Source: Somniosus microcephalus (lineage: Eukaryota). From it: a stretch of DNA of 64,000 bases. A program made the translations under genes and the position numbers. The stretch's first letter is position 1. Each line of letters begins with the position of its first letter. The stretch lies in NCBI GenBank assembly GCA_052327205.1, contig CM126215.1, positions 54,746,001-54,810,000 on the forward strand. The letters are read 5' to 3'. Below are positions 14,020 to 27,140 of the stretch, in pieces. Under the pieces are notes generated by a model that saw only the letters and a list, made by a program, of their open reading frames with translations, made no database searches and had not been told where the DNA came from.

Positions 14020-14236
14020 ATTAAGATAAAAAAGAAAAACCGTGAATGTTAGAAATGTACAGTAGGTCAATCAGCATACAGAAGAGAAAGAGTCCTGTCC
14101 AAAACTTGAACTTCTAGCAGAAATGTCAGACTGACCAGGTTGTGGTGAAGGGTCCAACACAAACATCTTGTGCTATTTTTCCTCTTTCAGGCACTTACTG
14201 ATCTGCTTCCAGGAGTTTATTTGTTTTAATTTCAGG
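14020..14236. mobile_element. Degenerate inverted pair of Penelope-type terminal sequences
   Basis: Starts like 45320-45390 (aaaa..gaatgttagaaat..cagtaggtca..cagcat) and ends with its reverse. Similar to 57783-57975. Confidence 0.35.
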
Positions 14237-14982
14237 ACTGTGTTGTTGGATACTTACAATCTAAGAGTTAGACTCAACCCTGAACTAAAAGCCCACATGA
14301 TGCATTTTTGAAATGATTCATTGGACTGCTTCATACACCAGAATGATGAACGACGTCAGATTTTCCAACTATCCCCTGAACTTTGCTGCAAAAAATCTAA
14401 TTTGCAAATCTCCTTTAACGCATCTCATTTCCTGGGTGAACATGATAGCAATTATACCCCAAAATGCATTAGATACTCATCAATTAATATTCAGTTGTAT
14501 TAGTGCTCGTCAGAGAATGTCTGACACATGCTGAAGATAATTAAATAAACTAGAAACATTTAAAGTGAGCCATAATGGATTGATCAGGATATCCTTCCAT
14601 ACTATGCATTAACTGAAATTCTAAACAGAAGGCATATTACAATTATTGCCTGTATGCAGATGATAAACTTGGCCAATCACAGTTACTTCTCTATATGAAT
14701 CAGCAAATTAATTTACGCAAAATTTTCACAGAAAAACCATGAGAAAAAATTCTTGAATGATTCCTTTTTAATAAAATCAGAATTAGTTAATGCTTCATTT
14801 TTCCACAAATGGTATTTTGAATTTTGAGCAGACTGAATGACAGAGGTTTAACACACTGCCCTTTCATCACTACTACGAGAGTTTAAATGTAGCCCAGAGT
14901 GATGGGAAGTCTCCATCTCCGATGGTTACAAGGATCCTACCCGAAACAAGATTGGGCAATCTGGTCACTTCTTGGAGATCAT

Positions 14983-15168
14983 GGGGTTAAATTCAACTTC
15001 GATGGGTGCACAACACAGGCGGTAGCAGATTGGCCACCCATTATCTACCCCGCTCAATCTTCCTTTCCATTGACTTCAATAGAAAAGAAAATCTGGTGGA
15101 ATGCAGTATGGGCGGCCGATCCACCACCATCCACTATGCGCCCTCGCCAAAGTTGAATTTTGCTGCCC
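14983..15168. mobile_element. Short palindromic MITE (Harbinger-like)
   Basis: Imperfect terminal inverted repeats (ggggttaaattcaactt / aagttgaattttgctgccc), inner arms gattggccaccca / tgggcggccgatc, and a palindromic centre tttccattgacttcaatagaaa. Confidence 0.7.
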
Positions 15169-15497
15169 ATGGATCCAAAATTTAAGAACAAGCCGACAGT
15201 CTCACTCAGAGAAGTAATATGGATGCCCGGTGTGGGAAGTGAAAATTCACACTGGCGCAGCCCAGGGAGTGCTCTTCTAAGGACGGTTTAAGGAACATTT
15301 CTGGCATGAAGTAGAAGCAACATTACGCTGCGATACTGACCTGGGTGTGTTTGCTGCTGACACTGGATGCCAAAAGCACTAAACTTGCCAAATACAAAAA
15401 TTTACCAAAGTAAGTTTGGCAAGTGGGTGGTCTTCCTCATTTAATGTAATTCAGCATCTACGCCCAAATGAAAAGGCCATCAAAAAAAATATGAGTA

Positions 15498-16636
15498 TGG
15501 ACATTTTCAAAAGGCCTTCGATAAGGTATCCCATAACAGACTGATGAACAAGGTCAGAGAATGCGGAATCAGGGGACAAGTAGCAGAATGATAGCTAGCT
15601 GGCTTCAAGACAGAAAGCAGAGAGTAGGAGTAAAGGGTAGCTATTTACAGTGGCAGAAGGTGGGTAGTGGTGTTCCACAAGGATCAGTGCTGGGACCACT
15701 GTTGTTCACAATTTTTATGAACAATTTAGACTTTGGAATCAAAAACACAATTTCTAAATTTGCGGATGACACCAAATTGGGGGGGACAGTCAATACTGAG
15801 GAGGACATTAATAAACTTTCAGAATGGGCATATAATTGGCAAATGAAGTTCAACACAGATAAATATGAGGTATTACAGGAAGAATAGGGAGGTCACTTAT
15901 TACTTGGAGGGTGCGAGTCTAGGTGGGGTAGAGGAACAAAAGGATCTTGGAATACAAATACACAAATCACTAAAAGTTGCGACACAGGTTAGCAAGGCCA
16001 TAAAAAAAAACAAGCACTAGGGTTTATTTCTAGAGGGATAGAATTGAAAAGTAGGGAAGTTATGCCAAACCTGTATCGAACCTTGGTTAGACCACACTTA
16101 AGGGTACAGTTCTGGTCGCCATATTATACAAAGGATAGAGGCACTGGAGAGGGTGCAGAGAAGATTTACCAGAAATGCGAGGGTATACATATCAGGAAAG
16201 GATGAACAGCCTGGGTCTCTTTTCTCTTGAAAAAAGGCAGCTAAGGGGTGACCTACTAGAGGTCTTTAAAATTATGAAAGGTTTTGATAGAGTGGATACA
16301 GAGAGAATGTTTCCACTTGTGGGGAAGAGCATAACTAGTGGCCATCAATATAAGATAGTCACCAAGAAATCAAATAGGGAATTCAGAAGAAACTTCTTTA
16401 CCCAGAGTGGTGAGAATGTGGAACTCGCTACCACAGGGAGTGGTTGAAGCGAAAAGTATTGACGCATTTAAGGGGAGGCTAGACAAGCATATGAGGGAGA
16501 AGGGAATAGAGGGTTATGCTGATTGATTTAAATGAGGAAAGACGGGAGGAGGCTCGAGTGGAGCATAAACGCCGGCATGGACTGGTTGGGCCAAATGGCC
16601 TGTTTCTGTGCCGTATATCCTATGTGATCCTATGTA
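15498..16636 (+). mobile_element. 5'-truncated CR1 LINE
   Basis: [28 protein letters not shown] and LGLFSLEKRQLRGDL. Ends in a (tcctatgt) repeat tail. Confidence 0.92.
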
Positions 16637-18379
16637 AATTGTAACAATGGACATCCGAGCATGAAAGAATTCAGCACCATAAAGCTGTACCAGAGTGAGC
16701 TAAAAACACCAAGCGCCAAAATGCTTCACCTTAAAGTGTAACAAAAAGTGACGGGCAAGAGGGCACTTCGTTCCACCTCATGCTATCAACTTTCATATAC
16801 AAATGAATTATGGCAAAGCAACATAAAAATGGGGAGGGAGGCTAAGACTTAATTATAAAGGCAACTTGGAATATAGAAGCATTGAGGTGCTTTTAGTCTT
16901 GAGAGCTGTCAAATCTAGATAGTTATTTCTGAAAGCATGCAAATTCTTCCATGTAACTGATACCTTGCAGATAGAGTCAGATATAATTTGCATCATGATG
17001 CAAGGAGTAACCACAGTATGTGCAGAATGTCTGGTAACTATTGACCAGCTTGCCAATAACTCCAATTGTTTCATAATAAAAGGTGTAAACAAGGGATAGA
17101 CACAAAATAATCTTGCTCCACCTCATTTTTTCACATTTCATATACAAACAAATTGCGAGAGATACATTCTAGTACCTATTGCGCCTTATGCTACTTGATG
17201 ATAAACTTACTTTATTTAAAGTAAGTTTAACAATTAAACCTTCAAGGCTGGCACACTATCCTTGTTTCTGTCTACATAAAAACCCAAGACTGTATAAATG
17301 CTGGTGATAATTTCTCTTCAAAAAGCTGTGATGGTGGATACCATTTCAGAGCAGTCGCTTCCTCATACAAATGAAACGCAGGTTGCAAATCAAAACAATT
17401 TAGTAAATGCTCTTCTGACTTCCCACCCTAAGCCAAACACTTCAATATAAAGCACTGCTAGGGCATAAGTCTAAGCAAATAATGGGATGGAACATTAAGA
17501 TCAAATGGGTTGGATATGAATTTGCGAACAAAGAAAATCAAATCCAGGGTTAACATTACTGGTTGGCCAAATGGTTTAACATTCCAGACACCTTTCCTCG
17601 ATTCCCCTGGACGCTTTGCAGCTGAATGTTCCCATTAGAGGCAAGTGATAGAACTTCAACAGCTGCCATAGGGATCCTCAACACACGAGCAAAAGGGCGA
17701 GATGGCAAACATACAAGATAACCGCAATATCACACCACAAAAAGGTGAAAACCATATCCTAGCAACAAATGAACCTTTTCTACGTACTGCTGTAAGCTTT
17801 AGGGGCGGAGCCTATATGGGCTCAAATCAAGTAGTCCACTAAAGAAAATGGAGGTGCTGAAGGAAGAGCTGACAAATCTTGCCTTCTATCCAATAACAGG
17901 ACCTGCTCACATGAAACTGCCATGAGGTGAAAGGCACTCAGATTCCAACCGATTTGGGAACCAATTTTCCTTCAGCTAGTATGAGGCTACCATTATTACT
18001 ATTACCTTTTTCCACTTTGCAAATTATCCTGCATGTGATTGGAAATGAGAGGAAAGGTACATGTATTTCTATACCCTTCACACTGGAAAGCAACTGGCCT
18101 TTTGTCTTGGCTTCCTCAACAAACTCTAAGCAATCTGTTGTTCTTGAAGATCTATATCTGGATAATCCCATTTGACAAATATCACATCAACTGTTGAGAT
18201 GGAATCCAAATGTGTTTGAAGCACATGCTTGTCCAAGGGGTGGATTACAACATTCTGAATCTCAACAAGGCGTTGAGTGGAAAGGTTAAAATAGCTTTTG
18301 TTGACTAATCTCAATTCTCCAGTGCATCCTGGCACAAGGGACAAGAATAACTGCTCCCTTCCTTGGCTATCACAATACT

Positions 18380-18835
18380 GCGCTGGATACAGCAAAGGCT
18401 GTGGGCCCCGACAACATCCCAGCTGTCGTGCTGAAGACTTGTGCTCCAGAACTAGCTGCCTCTATAGCCAAGCTGTTCCAGTACAGCTACAACACTGGCA
18501 TCTATCCGACAATGTGGAAAACTGCCCAGGTATGTCCTGTCCACAAAAAGCAGGACAAATCCAATCTGGCCAATTACTGCCCCATCAGTCTACTCTCAAT
18601 CATCAGCAAAGTGATGGAAGGTGTCATCAACAGTGCCATCAATCAGCACTTACTCACCAATAACCTGCTCAATGATGCCCAATTTGGGTTCCGCCAGGGC
18701 CACTCGGCTCCAGACTTCATTACAGCCTTGGTCCAAACATGGACAAAAGAGCTGAATTCCAGAGGTGAGGCGAGAGTGACTGCCCTTGACATCAAGGCAG
18801 CATTTGGCAGAATGTGGCATCAAGGAGCCCTAGTA
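18380..18835 (+). mobile_element. LINE RT fragment, 5' piece (CR1/L2 group)
   Basis: GPDNIPAVVLKTCAPELA..NYCPISLLSIISKVME..QFGFRQGHS..ALDIKAAFGRMWHQGALV. Confidence 0.9.
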
Positions 18836-18985
18836 GTCATCGTCAGTTATACAGCACAGAAAGAGGCCCTTCGGCCCATCGTGTCCGCGTCGGCCATCAA
18901 GCCCTGTCTATTCTAATCCCATTTTCCAGCACTTGAAACGAGTGCTCATCTAACTGCTTCTTGAATGTTGTGAGGGTTCCCACTC
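18836..18985 (-). mobile_element. CR1-type 3' tail fragment
   Basis: tacagcacagaaagaggcccttcggcccatcgtgtc is the reversed CR1 tail hairpin. The ORF track shows TLTTFKKQLDEH. Confidence 0.7.
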
Positions 18986-19612
18986 GGCCAGATTCCCACC
19001 CAGGCAGTGAAAACAAATATCTACCCCTGTGTTTGTGTGCGGGCCCATTCGATTGCAAAAAGCATTGCTTTTGTCCAGACTGCAAACTAGAAGGACTCTC
19101 AGTTTGTGATGTACTTCTATCTCTCACCACCTTCTCACCACAATGCATCTTTCTTCATTATCTTCCATCAACTGCAACTCCAATCAAATTAGCCCCACAG
19201 TTTCCTTCGATGTACAATGCCATGGAGATTTAACAACAAACACAAAGGTTATTTTCAGGCTGACAAATATCTCAGCGCCCAGAACCACATTTTTATCCAA
19301 TTCCCTGACAGTTTAAATGAACTTCCAGCCATGCAGCTCCGTGTAGATTGATGCTTCACCGCAACTTATTAATGAATCTCTGATTCTCTGCAGTGCTCCC
19401 CACGACAAAACCCTATCACTGTCGAAGTTCATTTAAATTTGAAACGTGTCCTTTTCTCCCCATTGCTTTGAGCAGCACCTCTAACACGCTCGATATAAAA
19501 ACATAATTTTACTCTCATCCTCCTTGCAAATTCGTTCACAAACCCAGAGTTACCATGTAGATTCTCAATAGAAAGAACCAAATGCATAATAAAAATAAAT
19601 TTGGTGAGTTAT

Positions 19613-19940
19613 GGGTTCGGCAGTGTAGTGGTTATGTTGTAATCCAAGGACCTGACTGATAATTCAGAGAATGCGAGATCAAATCCCACTGAATTTGAAA
19701 TCAGTTTTTTAAAAATCTGGTAGCAGTGAAAGTAAGCATGACGCAGTCGGGTTGTGATAAAAACCCCAACTTGTTCATTAATGTCCTTTAGAGCAAGAAA
19801 TGTGATGCCTTTACCCGGTCTGGGCCTTTATGTGACTCCAGTCCCACACCACGTGGTTTACTCTTGACTTCCCTTTGAACTGGTCCAACGAGCCACTCAG
19901 TTGTGTCAAACCGCTACAAAGAGCAACCACATGGACTGCA
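19613..19940 (+). mobile_element. tRNA-derived SINE, 3'-truncated
   Basis: ggcagtgtagtggtta (A-box-like) and gagatcaaatccc (B-box-like). Ends at ccacatggactgca, a motif shared with the LINE 3' end at about 20932-20946. Confidence 0.6.
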
Positions 19941-21057
19941 CTGGTAAACTGAAGTCAATAGGAATCTAGGGGAAAACTCTCCACTGGCTGGAGTCATACC
20001 TAGCACAAAGGAAGATGGTTGTGGTGGTTGGAGATCAATCATCACAGCCCCAGAACATAGCTGCAGGAGTTCCTCAGGGCAATGTCCTAGGTACAACCAT
20101 CTTCAGCTGCTTCATCAATGACCTTATCCTCCATCATAAGGTCAGAAGTGGGGATGTTCGCTGATGACTGCTCAGTGCCTTTCGCAACACCTCAGATAAT
20201 GAAGCAGTCCATGCCCGCATGCAGCAAGACCTGGATGACATTCAGGCTTGGGCTGATAAGTGGCAGGTAACATTCACGCCACACAAATGCCAGGCAATGA
20301 CCATCTCCAACAAGCGTCTAACCACCGCCCCTTGACATCCAATGGCATTACCATCGCCGAATCCCCCACCATCAATGTCCTAGGGGGGGTCACCATTGAC
20401 CAGAAACTTAACTGGACCAGCCACATAAATACTGTAGCAACAAGAGCAGGTCAGAGGCTAGGTATTCTGCAGCAAGAGTCTCGCCTCCTGACTCCCCAAA
20501 GCCTTTCCACCATCTACAAGGCACAAGTCAGTAGTGTGATGGAATACTCTCCACTTGCCTCAATGAATGCAACTCCAACAACACTCAAAAAGCTCGACAC
20601 CATCCAAGGCAAAGCAGCCCACTTGATTGGCACCTTATCCACCACCTTAAACATTCACTCCCTCCACCACCGGCATACAGTGGCTGCTGTGTCTATCATC
20701 TGCAAGATGCATTGCAGCAACTCACCAAGGCTTCATCGGCAGCACCTCCCAAACCCGCGACCTCTACCACCTTGAAGGAAAAGGGCAACAAGCGCATGGG
20801 AACACCACCACTGCCAAGTTCCCCTCCAAGTCACACACCACCCTGACTTGGAAATATATCACCATTCCTTTATCGTCGCTGGGTCAAAATCCTGGAACTC
20901 CCTCCCTAACAGCACTATGGGAGTACCTTCACCACACAGACTGCAGCGATTCAAAGCGGCAGCTCACCACCACCTTCTCAAGGGCAACTAGGGATAAGCA
21001 ATAAATGCTGGCCTGGTCAGCAACGTCCCTATCCCATGAACGAATATATTAAAAAAA
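19941..21057 (+). mobile_element. LINE RT fragment, 3' piece with 3' UTR
   Basis: Continues LKSIGI..WLESYL, AGVPQG, MFADD, GVTIDQKLNWTSHI and YKAQV..MEYSP. Ends in an A-rich tail. Confidence 0.9.
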
Positions 21058-21744
21058 TGTCCTTCCAGACTCTCATCAATTTGTTGGAATTAATTTCTTG
21101 AAGGACAATCATCCATACTAAATTATGCGGAGGCCTATTTATGTGCCAAGTGGCATTTGGGGTGGCAACATACCTTGACAGGTGTGACGCCAGAAGGGCT
21201 TATAGCACCAATTTACTAAGTATACTTGCTGCAATTACTATTTTAAGGCATTAACTGCCTCTTTTGCAATCTCAATATCCCGACTTAAGATACTTACTTG
21301 TAGGAACCTCAGTAAAGTGTGTTGCAATTGAAATCAAAGATGAATACTGGCAAAGGCTTCGGGACACAGTATAACAGAGCCTCAATCCTGCACCTAGCCA
21401 AAGTCGAACATTAAACCTGTAGGATCTTGAAGTGGTCATGTGGTAGCCACTTATTTGGCACTGAACAGCTGTAAAGAGCAGACCCCGCTCCAGCTGAGAT
21501 TTTTCTCAACTGAGGATGAACACAACTTCCTTAGGCTAAAATAGTCACGATAAGTGTAGACATGAAAGTATTACAGTCAAGGAAGAGTGTCACTGAATAC
21601 GAGCACTTTGGAAACAACGGGGTGCTGACAATGATCTGAATTCAAATGACTGTTGTAAAGTTGCCTTATTTATCTACATGGAACGTCAAATAAGTTTATT
21701 ACAACCAAGAAAAAAAAGGGGGAAGGTTGACTTGCTTACAAACT

Positions 21745-22065
21745 AGGAGCTTGGATCAGTTGGTCGTACTTTTGCCTCTGATTTAAAAGGGTGTGGGTTC
21801 AAGCTCCACTCCAGAGATTGAGCATAAAGTAGTTTGATGTACCAATTTAATACCGAAGGACCACAGCATTGCCAGAGGTATTGCCTTCGAAGACATGCAA
21901 AACTAAGATACCATCTGCTTGGTGTAATAGATCCCAAGGCCATCATTTCTCCCTCAGAATTAGATTAACTGGCCCTTCATCTCTTTTCTGTTTGTGGGAT
22001 CTTGCTGCGCAAAAATTGCTGCCACATGTGCCTACATTACAAAAGTCACTGCACTTCAAAATAAT
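21745..22065 (+). mobile_element. Degenerate SacSINE1-like (Deu-domain) SINE
   Basis: tggatcagttgg (A box), gggttcaagctcc (B box) and tttgtgggatcttgctgcgcaaaaattgctgcc. Similar to 27795-28247. Confidence 0.7.
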
Positions 22066-23947
22066 TCATTTTATCTGCTATATTAAAAAACGTGATGTTT
22101 ATTTTCCTTGTGGGGGGCATATAGGTCAACGTGCTGTGCTGTTTACAAGAACAACTGTAACAAAATCAAACTTTACAATGTTAGCAAAACCAGCACTTTT
22201 CACAAAAACTACAGTACTGCCATTTGTCAACATGACCTTTAACAGAAATAAAGTAACTGTGCAAATCAAGTTACTTTTCAAAAAGGTCTGATGTTTTCTG
22301 AATCAGAGAGCTGCAATTACCTGGCTCGGTGAGTGGAAGCAGCTGGCTCTAAAGGTCCAGGTTTAGTGAAAAAGACCAGGATCCTATCTTTAAATATGCT
22401 GCACAACGACACGCACGGTAAAATATTACTTGGGGGGGGAAAAAAAACTCAAAAGAAGTGTAATTTCTTATCTGTTGCCAAGCAGAGACTAAACGGCTCT
22501 TTCTCCATTGAAAGTTATTTTAAAGTACACTTGGGTGTTAGGGTAATTGCCATTAAGGGGCAAATGCCAATAGATTATCCTTTACAGAAATGAAGAAAAG
22601 CAATTGCCAAAATCACCTACAGGGTATTTTGAAATTCTGCTTGCTTCTTTTTGAAAAACTCCTTCAAAATGAGAGAAGTTTGGGGCGTTGTGTTTAGCAA
22701 GCCAAGATAAGATTTCAAGCCTCATTACATTTGTTCAGGATACCATCTCATATTACTAATCTCTTTCAATTGTTTTTCAGTTTTCTTACCTTGAGATTTT
22801 TTCCCCCCAAAACACAGAATTCCAGTGTACTAGTTTAGTAGTCCCTTAATACCCGCAGTGGCAAAGATATTTTCCTACCTGGAATAGTACGGAAAGTAGT
22901 TGGAAGAGAGGTAATACAGTAGGATACCCTCTAAATGAGGAACGCCCATGTAAACCACTCCCTTTATCCAGTCACTCTTATTCAGCAAACCTTGCGCAAT
23001 GAATAATTGGGTGCCTGAGCAAGTGTAATGCCCCCTTTATACTAATGCACCAATTTAGTAGTGCCTGACATGTAATTGATACTGGTGAATATAACACACT
23101 TAAATAAAAAGCCAGTTACACAAGTACTGCTTACGTCCTGGTAGGAAAATATAAATCCTCATGCTGCCTTTCTGTTGCAGTTCTTTGCCTCAAACTATTT
23201 ACGGAAAGGCCCAACCAAGACAGACACTTCAGTAAAAAGGAAGCAACTGAACAAACTTCCCAACAACACTCGACAAGAGCTGCATCCATTCTCACTTTCT
23301 TTTACAATCACTGCACAGAATTTATAATTACCAGTTCTTTGCTTCTATTGTAAGTGTAATAGACTAAAGAGCTATCACAGCCACATTTATTTTAAAAGCA
23401 CCAGCCCTGGAGTGTCTACTAGAGGGCCAAATGATTAACACAAACGCTTTGTCAGAATGAAGATGTAACAAGCACCGCCCAGTCAAAGGATGAATTGAAT
23501 CAGTGGGTTATCTTTCAGATTAACCAGGGCATTTAGTAAGGAAAATTTCATGAAAGTGTAATTCTTAGCTTTCATGAATCCACGCAGCAGGCAGCCTGCC
23601 AACTGTCAAGCTGGTGAAATTTTCCTGCTTCACAAAACATCCCCTATTCATTTCTCAGTTTAGATAAGCTAATGTTTCTCCTGCACAAGCTTATTTGCAA
23701 TGCATACTCCCTTTTACCAGCAGAATAAGGTATCGTTTATACAGCAATTTTAACATTTCTCAAACAGCACCAAATATACTTAAATTCCGCACTTCCTAAT
23801 GCAAGCAGCATTATTCAAGCTTTCTTCAGTAGCATGACTGAAAATAGTTCTGCCGAATTCATAAAGTATCAGAAAAGGCAGAGGATTCATTTTTGACCAG
23901 TGAACAATCAAAAAGGCTCCGTTCTATAGTGCTCTGCAAGTACTTAC

Positions 23948-24079
23948 ACTGTAATATCTTTTGATATGTCGCCTGATGTCCAAAGTTAGCTTGTTACGCA
24001 TCTGCACTTCATATTGAATAGGTAACGCCTCACAATCAATATTACTGCAGTGAAGCAAACTGGGTTGGATCTGCTGCCC
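23948..24079 (-). CDS. POLA1: POLA1 coding exon (second half of first CTD zinc module)
   Basis: GQQIQPSLLHCSNIDCEALPIQYEVQMRNKLTLDIRRHIKRYYS, with CSNIDC and DIRR conserved with human. Acceptor tatcag, donor gtaagt, 132 nt. Confidence 0.95.
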
Positions 24080-26029
24080 CTGATACAAAATGGAAGATAC
24101 ACACGTGTAAAATATATAATTACAATTCATAGCGTTTTAGTGATGGGAGAGAATTTCATTTCTAAACAGTCAAGAATCAGTAAATGGGACTTCTTTTGTA
24201 CTCAAATTGATCTTTTTCCATGCCCTGCACTCGAAGGTGTAAGAGATCCAACAGTGATGCACTCTCTGAACAGTCAGCCCATCTGCAAGTTCTCAACGTC
24301 CACGCAATTAACTCTCTATCTTGTTTACCGCTGTAATGAAGCAAAAGTCAAGGATTCTGCTCGGTAATATTGCTCTGTGCCAGGCCCCACTCCTTACTTT
24401 CCTTAAGCAACCGGATTGTTTTGACTGAAAAAATCCAAAACATCTGCTGCTCCGCTAGATCAACTTAAAATAATTACTTTTAATTTAGATAAGGACTTCT
24501 TTGCTTTCAGATCCAAAGTCTACAAAGACGCCCAATCTCATAATTTACTGTGTGTTTAAAACCCCAGGAAAAAAATGATTAAATATTTTTCTACGATTTT
24601 AGGTTTAGATCCAAGGTCACACAAATATCTGGCACCAGTGTCCGATAGGAACGACGCATCCTCTTGCATTTGATGACAAAGGAAGAGAACATTATGGAGA
24701 AGGTCAAGAACAGATTTTTAAAAAATGTGGTGGGGGTGGGGGCAGGGATAGAAATAAAGACTCTCAATATTAAAAATCCAAGACTTTTACTATTCTGAAA
24801 GAGCATTTTCTTGCAGAGATGGCACTTTTTGGGATCTCAGCTGATCTGCCTTGACTTTCTCATCTTCGATAAACACAAATATTCTCCTCCACAAGAGAGT
24901 TGCTCTTATGGTATGCGGTGTTTGAACAGCATAATTTTCTGAAACTATCAGTTAAAGAACTACACCCACAAGAATAAGGAGACTGCATCTTCCTCAGTCA
25001 CTGTTTCAGGCTAGAGATCAACATATAAGGAAAGGCACGAAGTTGATGTACTTTATTGTGTCTTTGAAGGGGAATATTAATGTATGAGGGAGTACTTTCA
25101 GTGTAAAATACTTGAACATTTTAGGATTCTCTTGGTAATCAAACATTTCCCCACCATTGAAACTCAAATTTGTGAATATAAATTTTAGAAGAAAAATATG
25201 GAATGCTGAATTTATGTTGGACACAGGCACATTCCATTACAGTGTCAGTGCCTAGGATGGTCAGAAACTCACAGCAGTTACAGTGCAAAACACATGCAAG
25301 GAGTCCTGAATGTAGGGCCCACTAAAATGGAAAGGTGTCCCAGGACTTGCTTTACTGTTACGATAGCTTTACTGTGTTTTTTTTCCTTTAAAAAGGGTTG
25401 TTTGAAGGCAGAAAGGAATGATTAATTTTTGGAACAGCTTTTATAAATTTGCTATTAGCTTCTACTTTTCCTCGTTGCCTAGCAACCTGTCCCAGTACTC
25501 CACACTGGAGCCAGTAAGTAATTTGGCTACCACATGTGGCATCTTATCTTTCACCTGAAAAATCTGCTGAGGTTTGCTTTGAAGGGGAAATAGTTGTTCC
25601 CAGTCAGGGTGCAAGAACGATGGTGATCACTGAAGCCACGTGGGAGCCTTGTTGGATGTGGGATTTACCCTTTTCCACAGAGGAATATTTTTAAAAGAAC
25701 CTGAAACGTCAATCGTTTGTGTTTTCTCGGCATCACTGCAGAGCCCGATTTTCTCCTTGCCCAGATTCCTCAGCAGTCGGAACCCTGACTGATTTTCATA
25801 TTCTTACTCAAGAGCACTCAGGCCAACTGTAAAACCCTCCAACACTGGCCTGCCATTGATTAGCAGACTCAGCACAGACTGAAGATCAAACCTGGGACTT
25901 TTTTTTTTTTTTACTTTGCATGTTTCGGTTATTCTTGCTGAACTACAGATATGCAACTTTGTCTATCTAACCAATACCTTACAAAAAGGACAATAGGCAG
26001 TTTTTCTCTATGTATATTATAGTACTTAC

Positions 26030-26211
26030 ACTGCCATCAAATACATTGTCATAAATGTTTTCTGTTCCACAATTTGGACACACGAACTTGAACCTTTCTG
26101 CATCACGGTATTTTTCTTCATCAGTAAGCTGGGCTGGGCCACCCAACAGTGCATCATTTTCTTCATCATTATGACAGTTGTGATGAATTCGAAACTGGGA
26201 TGGATCCAGAC
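26030..26211 (-). CDS. POLA1: POLA1 coding exon (linker and first half of CTD zinc module)
   Basis: GT completes Gly, then [60 protein letters not shown]. Acceptor ataaag after a pyrimidine tract, donor gtaagt, 182 nt. Confidence 0.96.
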
Positions 26212-26539
26212 CTTTATGGAGGGCAGGGGAGGAGAGAAAACAAATCAGAAATCAAGTTAATCTAATTCATTAATCTTCTCTCACTCGTGACTTTAGCGCA
26301 TCCAGGTGCAGCAACACAGAATTAACAGGCCAAGGGAAAGGGGTTTGGTCTGATAAATTGACCACTGAAATCATTGTGAGGGATATATTGGTTAATTTTA
26401 TTTATTCACATTAAGATTACCTGTACGTTTGAACATGACCCCAGTAGCCACAATCCACATTTCCGATGACGCTTCACAAATTCACAACGTGCATTGTAAA
26501 GGAGGCCTATAAAATATTGCAAGTACTTCTTATCTGACA

Positions 26540-26887
26540 TAGCAGTGCAGTACTGAGGCAGTGCTGCATTGTTGGATGTGCCCTCCTTCGCTATGTTATA
26601 CCGAAGCCCCATCTATCCGTTCAAGGGGATGCTAAAGATTCCATGGAGTCATTTGAAGAGGAGCAGGAAGTTCTTCCAGTGGCCTGGCCAACATTCCTCA
26701 CTCCATCAATTCCAACAAGATCGATCTACCGGTCATTCAGCTCACTGAAGTTCGTGGAATCTTGCTGCATGCAAAAAAGCTGCGGCATTTCCCAAATACC
26801 AGTAACTGCAGACTGTGATTTTTATGAAGTGCTTTGCGATGCTCGAGAGACATGATGTAAGGTGCTATATATTCAATGTTCTTTCTT
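26540..26887 (+). mobile_element. Degenerate SacSINE1-like SINE body
   Basis: cagtgcagtactgagg, atttgaagaggagcagg and aggtgctatat match the 27795 copy. Confidence 0.7.
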
Positions 26888-26907
26888 CCACCTTTTTAAG
26901 AAAAAAG

Positions 26908-27140
26908 GAAGAACTTGCATTTATATAGCGCCTTTCACAACTTCAGGACGTCCCAAAGTGCTTCACAGCCAATGAAGTACTTTTTGAAGTGCAGTCACTG
27001 TAGCAACATAAGGAAATGCAGCAGCCAGTTTTCACACAGCAAGATCCCACAAACAGCAGAGATAATGACCAGATAATCTGTTTGTTTTTGACCTTTCCAT
27101 TCAATGGGAAGAGTGCTACCACTGAGCCAAGGCTGACACC
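26908..27140 (-). mobile_element. Internally deleted SacSINE1-like SINE
   Basis: Tail acttgcatttatatagcgcctttc joined to the head gagtgctaccactgagccaaggctgacac. Confidence 0.75.

Noticed and set aside
17800-17825. GC box plus TATA-like motif (ggggcggagcctatat)
   Set aside because: Isolated short motif with no CpG island or downstream exon, compatible with chance.
1-23947. Next POLA1 exon (GWLICEE...)
   Set aside because: Not found by eye. Cys-rich ORFs such as 8851-9113 and 18961-19233 do not match, so it probably lies beyond the left edge.
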